This document shows, in pieces, positions 10,212 to 18,324 of a DNA stretch of 46,838 nucleotides (the first letter of the stretch is position 1; each line of letters opens with the position of its first letter). Position numbers and translations under genes: made by a program. Source of the stretch: a virus (taxonomy: Duplodnaviria > Heunggongvirae > Uroviricota > Caudoviricetes); IMG/VR virus record IMGVR_UViG_3300008085_000025, positions 1 through 46,838 of that record; one strand, written 5' to 3'. Below the pieces are notes generated by a model. That model was not told where the DNA came from. It worked only from the letters and a program-made list of their open reading frames with translations, and did no database searches.

Positions 10212-10922
10212 ATGTCTATTAACAAATTTTACAACAGTTTTGTTCAAAAGCGTTCCACAGGTGAATTGAATGAAACAGAAGACTTGGACTCGTTGTTTAA
10301 CGAGTACCTAACAGAAAAGATGGCGGGCCTTTTGGTAGAAGATCATGAAAAGTCTATGACTGCCGAACAAATGGCAGCACATATCAAGAAGCTATTTAAA
10401 ATGTGTGATGATGAAGCAACCGAGAGTAAATTTTTGAAGCGCCTAGGCAAAGCTGCCGATGTGGAAGATTGCAAGGAAAAGGATATTACCACATGTGCCA
10501 AAAAGCTTTGCGACATGGACGATGAAAAGTGTGATGATATGATTCATGAATTAGAAGGCATGGTTGATTACACTTATGAGTCCAAAAAGGAAAAGCCAGA
10601 AGAATCTGACGAGAAAGAAAAAGACAAAAAAAAAATTGATGAAGGGGTGTCAGTAGGCTCAGTCGTTAAGACTATGAACGGAAAGCATATGGTGGTTATT
10701 GGTGATATGGGGGAGGGCGACGTAACTGCTGTTCGCCTACATCATGGAAAACCCTTATACAGAACGCAAATCAACTTGCGTAGTAGCGAATACGTTCCCA
10801 CCGGGGAAACAGTTCCTGTAATGTCTAAGAAAGACCTGAAGGATCGAGAAAACTCTATTATGGACAAGAGAAAGGATCATGTGGAATATGGTCACCGTAC
10901 AGTAGGATCTTTTAACTTCTAA
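10212..10922 (+). CDS. Hypothetical head-module protein (possible internal/core protein)
   Basis: Between portal and protease; late promoter at 10163; AGGAG SD; several L/I-x-E motifs. Confidence 0.55.
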   Translation: MSINKFYNSFVQKRSTGELNETEDLDSLFNEYLTEKMAGLLVEDHEKSMTAEQMAAHIKKLFKMCDDEATESKFLKRLGKAADVEDCKEKDITTCAKKLCDMDDEKCDDMIHELEGMVDYTYESKKEKPEESDEKEKDKKKIDEGVSVGSVVKTMNGKHMVVIGDMGEGDVTAVRLHHGKPLYRTQINLRSSEYVPTGETVPVMSKKDLKDRENSIMDKRKDHVEYGHRTVGSFNF

Positions 10923-10924
10923 AA

Positions 10925-11095
10925 ATGAAGATCTCTATCGTTCTAGAAGCATTGGACAGGAACAGGGCCGCTTGGGGAGATCCCATTCCAAACTTCATGG
11001 AAAAGAAGAAAGTAAAAAGCAGAGAAAAGAAGCTTCCAAAATTGGGAGCTTCTGTCTACGGTGTTGATCACGACAGCGGAGGTTCAAACGAATGA
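10925..11095 (+). CDS. Small 56-aa head-module protein, absent from the ORF track
   Basis: ATG 2 nt after the upstream stop; MKISIVLEALDRNRAAWGDPIPNF...GGSNE*; its TGA overlaps the next ATG (ATGA 11092-11095); fills the gap exactly. Confidence 0.7.
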   Translation: MKISIVLEALDRNRAAWGDPIPNFMEKKKVKSREKKLPKLGASVYGVDHDSGGSNE

Positions 11096-11316
11096 AAAAG
11101 AAACTTTCACTCCAAAGAGAAATACTAGAGCGTATCGATTATTTTAATTATCTTGACCCAGATAGTTTGTGTGCAGATTGTAAAGAAAAAGATCAAAAAA
11201 AAGACGACAAGGAAGAGGAAGAAACTTCGGAAGAAGAACTTTCTAGTGTCAAAAAATATTCTAAACCGGCAGATGTTAGACGATATCTTCAATATGTTAA
11301 TGCTAAGAACGATTAA
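11092..11316 (+). CDS. Small charged hypothetical protein
   Basis: 74 aa, ATGA-coupled, contains CADC and an acidic stretch. Confidence 0.6.
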   Translation: MKKKLSLQREILERIDYFNYLDPDSLCADCKEKDQKKDDKEEEETSEEELSSVKKYSKPADVRRYLQYVNAKND

Positions 11317-11317
11317 C

Positions 11318-11325
11318 TATAAATA
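11318..11325 (+). promoter_or_regulatory. Late promoter TATAAATA
   Basis: Upstream of 11356. Confidence 0.8.
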
Positions 11326-11355
11326 ATTACTGAATTCAACCAAACAGGTGTTACT

Positions 11356-11967
11356 ATGAGCAACATTCAAAATAAAATTGTAGACGCAATATTCGAAAAC
11401 GACGAGGAATTGACTCGCACTCTAGTACGAGAACTTTCTTACGTTAAGACTCGAAAGATTCTTGGACTTTTGGAAAGTGGTGAAGTCACTATTCGCGGTA
11501 ACGACATTTTCGTAGGTGGCAATACGGTCGGTTCTTTTGAAACCAAGGACGATAAGATCGAATTCACGGCCTCCGGTGATGGTACCGTCAAGACTTTCGA
11601 AAACGATGAAGAATTGATGAATTATGTTTCCGGCCTTACTGAAGATATGAAAGAAGTAAAGGCACCAGAAGGATACACAAAGCATGATCTTTCGGCAAAA
11701 CACAAAGACGAGCGCATGGAAAATCCTAAAAAGAAAGATCATGGCCATGATAAGGATCAGAAGGAACCCACTGGTAGTAGTGCCAAGGGTCCGAAAGAGC
11801 ATGAACATTCTTTAGATACAAAGGGCCACGGTCATGATAAGGATCAGAAGGAACCCACTGGTAGTAGTGCCAAGGGTCCGAAAGAACATGAGCACACCCC
11901 AAACAGTAAGGCACACTCCCATGACGCTCCGTCTGGGGTTGGAGCCGTAGAGAAGAAAGGCAAGTAA
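11356..11967 (+). CDS. Putative prohead core protein (gp67-like N-terminus) with His-rich repeat tail
   Basis: KIVDAIFENDEELTRTLVRELS..KTRKIL resembles gp67-type core proteins; directly upstream of the protease; late promoter at 11318. Confidence 0.5.
   Translation: MSNIQNKIVDAIFENDEELTRTLVRELSYVKTRKILGLLESGEVTIRGNDIFVGGNTVGSFETKDDKIEFTASGDGTVKTFENDEELMNYVSGLTEDMKEVKAPEGYTKHDLSAKHKDERMENPKKKDHGHDKDQKEPTGSSAKGPKEHEHSLDTKGHGHDKDQKEPTGSSAKGPKEHEHTPNSKAHSHDAPSGVGAVEKKGK
11746..11885 (+). repeat. Two identical 53-nt copies, 87-nt (29-aa) period, encoding HDKDQKEPTGSSAKGPK
   Basis: 11746-11798 is identical to 11833-11885. Confidence 0.95.
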
Positions 11968-12596
11968 TGATGGATACTCTAATTGAAAGCGTAGAACCCA
12001 GTATAGCAAACATTGTTTGTGAGTCTAACACGACTGGCAAAAACATGTGGCTTAGCGGTGTTTTTATGCAAGCCGAACATCCTAACAGAAACAAAAGGAT
12101 CTATCCTATTTCCGAAATGACTAGCGCAGTTAAAAATGCCAATGACATCATTAAAGAAAATGGCGGCATTTTTGGAGAACTCGACCACCCAGAGAAGCTC
12201 ACAATAAATATGGATAGAATATCTCACGCAATTAAAGAACTTCAAATCAACGGTAACAACGTCATAGGTAGAGCAGAGATTTTGCGCACACCAATGGGAT
12301 TGATCGCTGAAGAACTTGGTAAGTCTGGTGTTCGTTATGGTATTTCTAGCAGAGGGGCCGGGAACGTTGGACCAAATGGAGTAGTGTCTGAGTTTGTGTT
12401 TGTGACTGCTGATTTGGTTGCCACGCCTTCCGCACAGGGAGCATATCCACGTCCCGTCTATGAAGGTTTGCAGAATAGCAAGGAAGGAAGAAAGGTTCTT
12501 ACTTTGGCCGAAAGTTTGAAGCATGATGAAAATGCACAGAAGTATTTCAAAAAGAGCATATTGTCATTTATGGAGAATGTATTCAATAAGATGTAA
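11967..12596 (+). CDS. gp21: Prohead maturation protease (T4 gp21-like)
   Basis: GVFMQAE..NRNKRIYP, GELDHP (His), GISSRGAG (Ser), DLVATPS. Confidence 0.95.
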   Translation: MMDTLIESVEPSIANIVCESNTTGKNMWLSGVFMQAEHPNRNKRIYPISEMTSAVKNANDIIKENGGIFGELDHPEKLTINMDRISHAIKELQINGNNVIGRAEILRTPMGLIAEELGKSGVRYGISSRGAGNVGPNGVVSEFVFVTADLVATPSAQGAYPRPVYEGLQNSKEGRKVLTLAESLKHDENAQKYFKKSILSFMENVFNKM

Positions 12597-12666
12597 TTGG
12601 ATGTTACTATTGAAACATGTATAATTCCTTGTGTAGGCAATACTAAAAAATAAAGCTTACATCTTT

Positions 12667-12694
12667 GACCCCACACTAGTGTGGGGTCTTTTTT
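12667..12694 (+). terminator. Rho-independent terminator after the protease gene
   Basis: Perfect 22-nt palindrome GACCCCACACTAGTGTGGGGTC followed by T6. Confidence 0.9.
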
Positions 12695-12711
12695 CATCTA
12701 AAAATATAGAA

Positions 12712-12719
12712 TCTAAATA
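12712..12719 (+). promoter_or_regulatory. Late promoter variant TCTAAATA
   Basis: After the terminator, upstream of 12745. Confidence 0.45.
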
Positions 12720-12744
12720 CCTTTAACATAACAGGGTAACACAA

Positions 12745-13110
12745 ATGAATGAACTACACGGACAGTTGACAATGTATGTATCAGGCGAAAATACATATAC
12801 CAATGGAAATCTTACCAAAGCCACCGGAAAAGTTTCGTGGGGGATTAGGGACGACAGAAAAATAAACAAAAACGAATGGATGGTAGAGGATGGTGATTTC
12901 CTTGAAGTGTATGATAATAGTGGAAGAATACTATTTTCAAAACACATCATAGAAGATTATGATTCTCATTACAATCCTTCTTTGAAAAGACAAGTGTATA
13001 GAGGGACCACGGTGGGGTGGCTTCCTCACGGAGTTGACGCTGGATTTTGGTTCAACATGTTCAATAATAGATTTAGAGCAAGGTTGGTTAAAAAAGATGA
13101 TCAGGAATGA
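12745..13110 (+). CDS. Hypothetical protein
   Basis: 121-aa ORF with TCTAAATA promoter variant upstream. Confidence 0.65.
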   Translation: MNELHGQLTMYVSGENTYTNGNLTKATGKVSWGIRDDRKINKNEWMVEDGDFLEVYDNSGRILFSKHIIEDYDSHYNPSLKRQVYRGTTVGWLPHGVDAGFWFNMFNNRFRARLVKKDDQE

Positions 13111-13228
13111 AGATAATGATGATTTGGTCGAAGGGTTCCTGAAACATTTTGATGGTAAGATGATAGACACCCCGGCAGACATACAAGAAATCGTCAATGA
13201 GGAATTTTGGGATTTGTTAGGAGATTAA
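13097..13228 (+). CDS. Small acidic hypothetical protein (43 aa)
   Basis: ATG 13097 is in frame with track ORF 13034-13228 and overlaps the upstream gene end. Confidence 0.5.
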   Translation: MIRNEDNDDLVEGFLKHFDGKMIDTPADIQEIVNEEFWDLLGD

Positions 13229-13231
13229 AGC

Positions 13232-13420
13232 ATGCCAATGTTTGATTTTAAATGTAACAAGTGTAATAAAGTAGTTGAGAAGATCGTATCACACAAAGAT
13301 GTAGATAAGTTGTTTAATTGTGATTGTGAAGAACAAGGAACTCTTCAACGAGTTGAAAGGATAGGAAAAACCTCTGTGGCTTTCAAGGGTAGATGGTTTT
13401 CAAATACCGGGGGGTATTAG
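13232..13420 (+). CDS. FmdB-family zinc-ribbon protein
   Basis: MPMFDFKCNKC...CDC...VAFKG.WF..T.GY pattern typical of FmdB-like zinc ribbons. Confidence 0.75.
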   Translation: MPMFDFKCNKCNKVVEKIVSHKDVDKLFNCDCEEQGTLQRVERIGKTSVAFKGRWFSNTGGY

Positions 13421-13427
13421 GCTTACA

Positions 13428-13658
13428 TCAATCTAACCACTTTTCAATATTTTCTTTCAAGGCTTCTATTTCAAATAGAAGCCTTTTTGCTTCTGAGAGA
13501 TTGATATATTTCATACTCTCAATACTTTCTCTTACGGCCCTTATCCTCACAACCTCTGGTTGTAAATTTCTCTCCATTTTTTCTAGAGTATTACTGTCCA
13601 CCGATTTAGTTTTAGGTACTACGTAGCGATCCAGTATGCTTTGGGTGTGTTGGTTCAT
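13428..13658 (-). CDS. Small helical hypothetical protein (76 aa), probably early
   Basis: ATG 13658 with AGGA SD; consensus sigma70 promoter immediately upstream. Confidence 0.7.
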   Translation of the reverse strand: MNQHTQSILDRYVVPKTKSVDSNTLEKMERNLQPEVVRIRAVRESIESMKYINLSEAKRLLFEIEALKENIEKWLD

Positions 13659-13682
13659 ATTCAGTCCTAAGTGTAAGTAAAT

Positions 13683-13711
13683 ATTATAGTTTTTCCCAAA
13701 TATTTTGTCAA
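13683..13711 (-). promoter_or_regulatory. Consensus sigma70 promoter TTGACA-N17-TATAAT
   Basis: Plus strand ATTATA at 13683-13688 and TGTCAA at 13706-13711, exactly 17 nt apart. Confidence 0.9.
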
Positions 13712-13758
13712 TACCCAAAGACATTTTTAAAAATTCCAGAAAAATAAAAATCTTTACA

Positions 13759-13771
13759 AATCAATAAGTTA
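13759..13771 (+). promoter_or_regulatory. IHF-consensus site AATCAATAAGTTA with 5' A-tract
   Basis: Exact match to WATCAANNNNTTR; A-tracts at about 13738-13750; in a divergent intergenic region. Confidence 0.55.
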
Positions 13772-13811
13772 AGAACTTTACATTAGTATTCTTTTAATTT
13801 TTTGGTTTAAC

Positions 13812-13819
13812 AATAAATA
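13812..13819 (+). promoter_or_regulatory. Late promoter variant AATAAATA
   Basis: Upstream of the scaffold gene. Confidence 0.65.
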
Positions 13820-13852
13820 ATACACGAAAATCCAAACAAATTTCTGGAGTAT

Positions 13853-14803
13853 ATGAAAATGGATGAACTATTGAAAATGTTGATGGAATCTGAACTTCTA
13901 ACCGAAGACACTAAACAGGAACTATCCGAACAGATTAAATCTGTGATGGAATCCAAGATTTCTGAACAGGTAGAACAGAAGGAAAACGAACTTCGTGCTG
14001 AGTATGCTCGGAAGTTTGTTACAGAGAAACAAGAACTGGCAGAAGCTATTGACACCAAGATTGAAGAGGCATTAGCTGCCGAGTTGGAAGAATTACGTGA
14101 AGACGTAGAACGTTTCCGAGATCTTGAGGCTGAATATGCTCACAAGATCGTTGCAGAGAGACAGAAGATTGCCGAAGCTGTTCAGGAAGACATGAGACAG
14201 TTGATGGAAGCTCTAGATGCATATGTTGAACAGCGCTTGACCGCTGAACTGAATGAACACAGAGAATCCATCGATGAGGTTCTCAAGGAAAATTACGGTC
14301 GTCAGATTGTTGAATCAATCGGTGGCGAATTCCGTAAGCGTTTCTTGAACGAAGATGATATTGAAGATCGCAAGCTTGAGTTGGAAGCAGAACTTAACGA
14401 AGCTCGCGAACAGTTGAGCGAAGTTCGTAAGAAGTTGGATGAATCCATCAGAACTCGCAAAATGGAAGAAGTTTTGGAAAGCTTGAGCGGAACTCCGCGC
14501 AGCGTAATGGAAGCAATTTTAGATAACGTTCCGACGGAAAAACTAGAAGAAGCGTATGACCGTTACATTGCTAAAGTTCTCAACGAGTCTACCAATAAAG
14601 TATCGGAGAAGGAAAGCAACAAGCCAGTACTCGCCGAGGGAGAAGAAGCTGAAAACCTACTCGAAGGTTATGAGATCAAGACCGGTAACACACAACAGTT
14701 GGCCGAAGATGTTTCTGGCATCGATGATGGCGACGGTGACGAGGTTAAGGCTCAACTAAACGAATGGCTTACTAAGCTTCGCAAAAGCGCAGGTGTGAAG
14801 TAA
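13853..14803 (+). CDS. gp22: Prohead core scaffolding protein (T4 gp22-like)
   Basis: Highly acidic coiled coil immediately upstream of the capsid gene; multiple L-x-E sites. Confidence 0.8.
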   Translation: MKMDELLKMLMESELLTEDTKQELSEQIKSVMESKISEQVEQKENELRAEYARKFVTEKQELAEAIDTKIEEALAAELEELREDVERFRDLEAEYAHKIVAERQKIAEAVQEDMRQLMEALDAYVEQRLTAELNEHRESIDEVLKENYGRQIVESIGGEFRKRFLNEDDIEDRKLELEAELNEAREQLSEVRKKLDESIRTRKMEEVLESLSGTPRSVMEAILDNVPTEKLEEAYDRYIAKVLNESTNKVSEKESNKPVLAEGEEAENLLEGYEIKTGNTQQLAEDVSGIDDGDGDEVKAQLNEWLTKLRKSAGVK

Positions 14804-14814
14804 CACCACTAGTC

Positions 14815-14822
14815 TATAACTA
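14815..14822 (+). promoter_or_regulatory. Late promoter variant TATAACTA
   Basis: One mismatch; upstream of the capsid gene. Confidence 0.45.
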
Positions 14823-14840
14823 AATTATAAGGAGAAAGTA

Positions 14841-16259
14841 ATGGACGATTTAAAATTGTTAAATGAAAACTGGAATGAAGCGCGTTCCGCTCTCTTGGAA
14901 GGATTGGCTCCGAACAAGGCAGAAATGGTTGCACCGCTTCTAGAAAACCAAAAGAACTATATTCTTAAAGAAACCGCATCCTTGGGTTCTACACAGGCCC
15001 ATGACATCGCGAACTTCCGTAAGACCCTGTTGCCGATGATTCGAAGAATCATTCCGGGAACCATATGTTCTGAAATCGTAGGTGTTCAGCCTATGAGTGG
15101 ACCGGTATCTTTGATTTATACCTTGAGATACAAGTACGCAGAAGAAATGACCGCGCCTGCAAACTTTGATGGAAATCCGTTTGGTGGATTTGATATTGGA
15201 GAAGGGGACGAAGCTTTCGGTAACGATAAGCCAATTCGTAGATTCTATGCTGGTTCTACCGGAACAGCTCAGCTTGCTGGGGCTTCTGGTATCGCTAACC
15301 CCAACGGCTCTGAGTCTGACATTGATGTTGGCCCGGCAACCGGTGAAGGTTGGGAATCTAGCCTTCGTCCGGGCGACGGAAATGATTACGACGTTGGTAC
15401 CACTCTGTATGGTGAGCCGGTAGGTGGTTCTCTGCGCGGTGGTTCTGGTAGCTTCCTAGAAGGTTCCGGTGGTCGTAAGATGACCCTAGAGATCATCAAC
15501 CAGACCGCTGAAGCTCGTACCAGAAAGCTACAGTCAGGATGGACCATTGAAGCCATGCAGGACATGCAGTCCCAGCACGGTCTAGACATCGAATCCGAAC
15601 TAACCAAAGCATTGTCTGCTGAAATTGTTCAGGAAATCGACGCCGAAATCGTTGGTGACCTATTGGCTCTTGCGGGTACCGTCAGAACCTTTGATTATGA
15701 TCAGACCGGTGGCACAACCTATGCACCTGCTTTTGCTGGTGACCGTTTTGCCAACCTAGGTGTTCGTATCAATGAAGTGGCAAATGAAATCGCACGTAAG
15801 ACTCGTCGTGGTGCAGGTAACTTTATTGTTGCTTCTCCAATGATCGTTTCGGTTCTACAGAGTGCATCCAAGGCAGTATTTGCTCCTGCGGTTGAAGGTT
15901 CCTTCCAAGGTCCTAACAACACTCAGTTGGTTGGTACTCTAAACGGACAAATCAAGGTTTACAGCTACCTATGGAATCAGGCTCAGTCTGTTGATAGCTT
16001 GTCTCCGCCAGTGGGTGGCAGTGATCAGATTTTGGTTGGTTATAAGGGTGGTAACGGTGAAACTGATACCGGTTACTGGTATGCACCGTATATCCCACTG
16101 ATGTCTTCTGGTGTCATCATGAACCCGGTCACGTTCCAGCCTGTAATGTCCCTCATGACCCGTTATGGTAAGGTTGTTCTTACGGACACCACTACCTCTC
16201 TGGGTAACAGTGCGGACTATTACGGTAAGATCAATGTCCAAAATCTAGACTTCATTTAA
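14841..16259 (+). CDS. gp23: Major capsid protein (T4 gp23-like)
   Basis: PMIRRIIP..EIVGVQPMSGP, ARTRKLQSGWTIEAMQD...HGLDIESEL, YAPYIPL; AAGGAG SD. Confidence 0.97.
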   Translation: MDDLKLLNENWNEARSALLEGLAPNKAEMVAPLLENQKNYILKETASLGSTQAHDIANFRKTLLPMIRRIIPGTICSEIVGVQPMSGPVSLIYTLRYKYAEEMTAPANFDGNPFGGFDIGEGDEAFGNDKPIRRFYAGSTGTAQLAGASGIANPNGSESDIDVGPATGEGWESSLRPGDGNDYDVGTTLYGEPVGGSLRGGSGSFLEGSGGRKMTLEIINQTAEARTRKLQSGWTIEAMQDMQSQHGLDIESELTKALSAEIVQEIDAEIVGDLLALAGTVRTFDYDQTGGTTYAPAFAGDRFANLGVRINEVANEIARKTRRGAGNFIVASPMIVSVLQSASKAVFAPAVEGSFQGPNNTQLVGTLNGQIKVYSYLWNQAQSVDSLSPPVGGSDQILVGYKGGNGETDTGYWYAPYIPLMSSGVIMNPVTFQPVMSLMTRYGKVVLTDTTTSLGNSADYYGKINVQNLDFI

Positions 16260-16274
16260 GTCTCAACACCCCCG

Positions 16275-16301
16275 AAAAGCCCCGCCCTGCGGGGCTTTTT
16301 T
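16275..16301. terminator. Rho-independent terminator after the capsid gene, possibly bidirectional
   Basis: AAAA-GCCCCGC-CCT-GCGGGGC-TTTTTT. Confidence 0.9.
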
Positions 16302-16305
16302 ATAA

Positions 16306-16515
16306 CCTCTAAGGATGCATAGGTGGGCCTTCAGGAAAGACGCTTTGAAAGAAAAATTCTCCTCTAAATATGATAGCAGTCTAACCGAATACCAAAACAT
16401 GCTGGAATTAGGGTATGATAGAATTTGTGGTTGTGGTATATTGCGATATGAGATAGTCAATCAAGGACAAATAAAACATGCTTACAATAAGACAAAAACA
16501 CGAAAAAGCCCTTAA
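16306..16515 (+). pseudogene. C-terminal remnant of a Hef-like homing endonuclease
   Basis: RMHRWAFRK..LK...YDSSLTEYQNM.ELGYDRICGCGILRYE matches the family end motif (GYxRIWDCG), with WD changed to CG; no nuclease domain upstream. Confidence 0.6.
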
Positions 16516-16522
16516 GGTTATT

Positions 16523-16765
16523 ATGGAGACTGGTATTGATATTGAAGATGTAGCAAAAGTTGTATCTGAAAATCAACAATTCACAGATGACGGCTGGTAC
16601 ATGGGTCCAAAAGAAAAAGTTTTGGGGGTTACAGGGAAGAATGGAAAGACTATTAAGTTGGTTCACGGTGGTAGTATCACGATGATACAGAGTCCCTGTC
16701 GTAGAAAAAAGAATATATCATGTGGTTTTTGGACGGGTTTACTCGTTGGAATTATTGGTTCTTAA
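16523..16765 (+). CDS. Hypothetical protein with hydrophobic C-terminus
   Basis: Track ORF 16478-16765; the start is uncertain, in-frame ATG at 16523 chosen. Confidence 0.5.
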   Translation: METGIDIEDVAKVVSENQQFTDDGWYMGPKEKVLGVTGKNGKTIKLVHGGSITMIQSPCRRKKNISCGFWTGLLVGIIGS

Positions 16766-16810
16766 TTCTTGAGGACGGGAAGACAAAATTGTATCAGGTA
16801 AAAGGCAACA

Positions 16811-16818
16811 GATAAATA
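16811..16818 (+). promoter_or_regulatory. Late promoter variant GATAAATA
   Basis: Upstream of 16846. Confidence 0.6.
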
Positions 16819-16845
16819 TAGAAGAACAAGTTTGAAGGCACAATT

Positions 16846-17193
16846 TTGGATATAAAGAAGATTTCGTTTTCTGAGTATTTTGAAAGCAAAAAACAGCTTT
16901 TGGAAAAAGCCGAAGAAATACCTAGAATCTATTCGCATTACGAGATGAAAACTTACAAGAGGGTTCCCGTAAAAGAGTCTTATGACGATGATGATGAAAA
17001 AATTTATGTGAATCTAAAACCAAAAGATAGAATCAAAATATTGTGGGAATATGAGAATTTATATTACCCCACTGCTAGAAATTTTGTGGTAATTACAGAA
17101 GACTGCCAAGAATACTATTTTCCTTGTTGGGGTAACAAAAAATTAATGCATTGGGTCATAACAAACACAAGAGAAATAGATGCACAGAAATGA
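16846..17193 (+). CDS. Hypothetical late protein, possibly head-internal
   Basis: GATAAATA upstream; N-terminus ISFSEYFESKKQLLE resembles processed propeptides. Confidence 0.6.
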   Translation: MDIKKISFSEYFESKKQLLEKAEEIPRIYSHYEMKTYKRVPVKESYDDDDEKIYVNLKPKDRIKILWEYENLYYPTARNFVVITEDCQEYYFPCWGNKKLMHWVITNTREIDAQK

Positions 17194-17506
17194 ACCCCCC
17201 TACGGCGATTGTGAATATCAGTTACTAGTGAAAAAGTTGGAAAATTTTTGTGGGAAGATGCCTAGCAAGTTATTGTTCGAAGAATTGTCCAAAGAGGTCA
17301 AAGAATACTCTATAAAACAATCGACAAATTTCTGGAATCAAGAGTCATCTAAAAGATTTGTGGATCACATATCAGAATCAGAGAAGTGGAAAAATTCTTA
17401 TTGTGCTACTCTTGTCATCGAAGCAGTTCTAACAGAACTATGTAGATCATATCCCAAAACAACGTTTAATCATATATCACAAATTCTTCTAAAATTAACG
17501 ATTTAG
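17180..17506 (+). CDS. Hypothetical protein
   Basis: 108-aa ORF overlapping the upstream gene end. Confidence 0.6.
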   Translation: MHRNEPPYGDCEYQLLVKKLENFCGKMPSKLLFEELSKEVKEYSIKQSTNFWNQESSKRFVDHISESEKWKNSYCATLVIEAVLTELCRSYPKTTFNHISQILLKLTI

Positions 17507-17527
17507 TCTTTTTTACGCTGCTCATAA

Positions 17528-17535
17528 AATAAATA
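17528..17535 (+). promoter_or_regulatory. Late promoter variant AATAAATA
   Basis: Upstream of 17567. Confidence 0.6.
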
Positions 17536-17566
17536 CATATGTTGAATTTTATGGGGGCGAATCAAC

Positions 17567-18274
17567 GTGCTTTCTTTTGCAGATATTATTAAAATGGCCC
17601 AAGAATACGGCCTAGAGACTGCGGTGGGGATATTGTTGATGGGGGTAATTTACTTGTTTGCGAAAGGTTACGTTGATGTTTGGGCATTTAAGAAAAAACA
17701 TCAAATTGAATCATCCAAAGCTTTTCCAGAAGAAGACTTTGACAGTATGATTGATGATATTCTCAAAAGTGAATTTTTTCGAAACATAAAATTCAAAATC
17801 ACGGTAGATATACCCGCTGAGCATTTTTCTGAGGATGCTACTTTGGATATGTTGTACAAGGATCTTCTCATATGTCTTTACACTAGCTATCAAAACGTTC
17901 TTTATGAAAAAGTGTCAAAGATGAAAAAATCAGACACCGCAGGGATGTGGGTAAATTCTTTTCTTGAAATAATATATTATACCATGGATGAGTTTGATAA
18001 ATCCACTGAAAGAATGAACATTCCTCCAGAGATTGTTGCAGAGTTTACTTCATGGTTTTCTCCGTTTTTGCATCAGATTTATAACTATGTCACAATTATT
18101 GATTTGTCTGAGCCGGGTTGCGTTGTTCGTAAAACAAAACTTTTTTTGCTAACATTAGAACTTATATTAGTCAATGCTACGGCACAAGCCCAGAAGTTTC
18201 AAGTGTTTGAAGGAAAGTTCAACGGCAAAGAATATAAAGGGAATACAATAGGCAATAAGATAGTCGACAGTTAA
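17567..18274 (+). CDS. Single N-terminal TM membrane protein (holin-like topology, unproven)
   Basis: Hydrophobic AVGILLMGVIYLFA followed by a ~190-aa soluble domain; late promoter at 17528. Confidence 0.5.
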   Translation: MLSFADIIKMAQEYGLETAVGILLMGVIYLFAKGYVDVWAFKKKHQIESSKAFPEEDFDSMIDDILKSEFFRNIKFKITVDIPAEHFSEDATLDMLYKDLLICLYTSYQNVLYEKVSKMKKSDTAGMWVNSFLEIIYYTMDEFDKSTERMNIPPEIVAEFTSWFSPFLHQIYNYVTIIDLSEPGCVVRKTKLFLLTLELILVNATAQAQKFQVFEGKFNGKEYKGNTIGNKIVDS

Positions 18275-18291
18275 ATCGTTCCAATCATCTT

Positions 18292-18299
18292 TATAAATA
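18292..18299 (+). promoter_or_regulatory. Late promoter TATAAATA
   Basis: Upstream of the neck gene. Confidence 0.8.
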
Positions 18300-18324
18300 C
18301 ACTGTAGGCATAGAGAAAGGCTAG

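Noticed and set aside
11746-11885. Direct repeats as a possible CRISPR array (also 44726-44856)
   Set aside because: Only two copies, in frame inside proteins, with no unique spacer series and no cas genes.
12610-12625. TTGAAA...TATAAT as a sigma70 promoter
   Set aside because: The spacer is only 4 nt, and the site lies upstream of a terminator.
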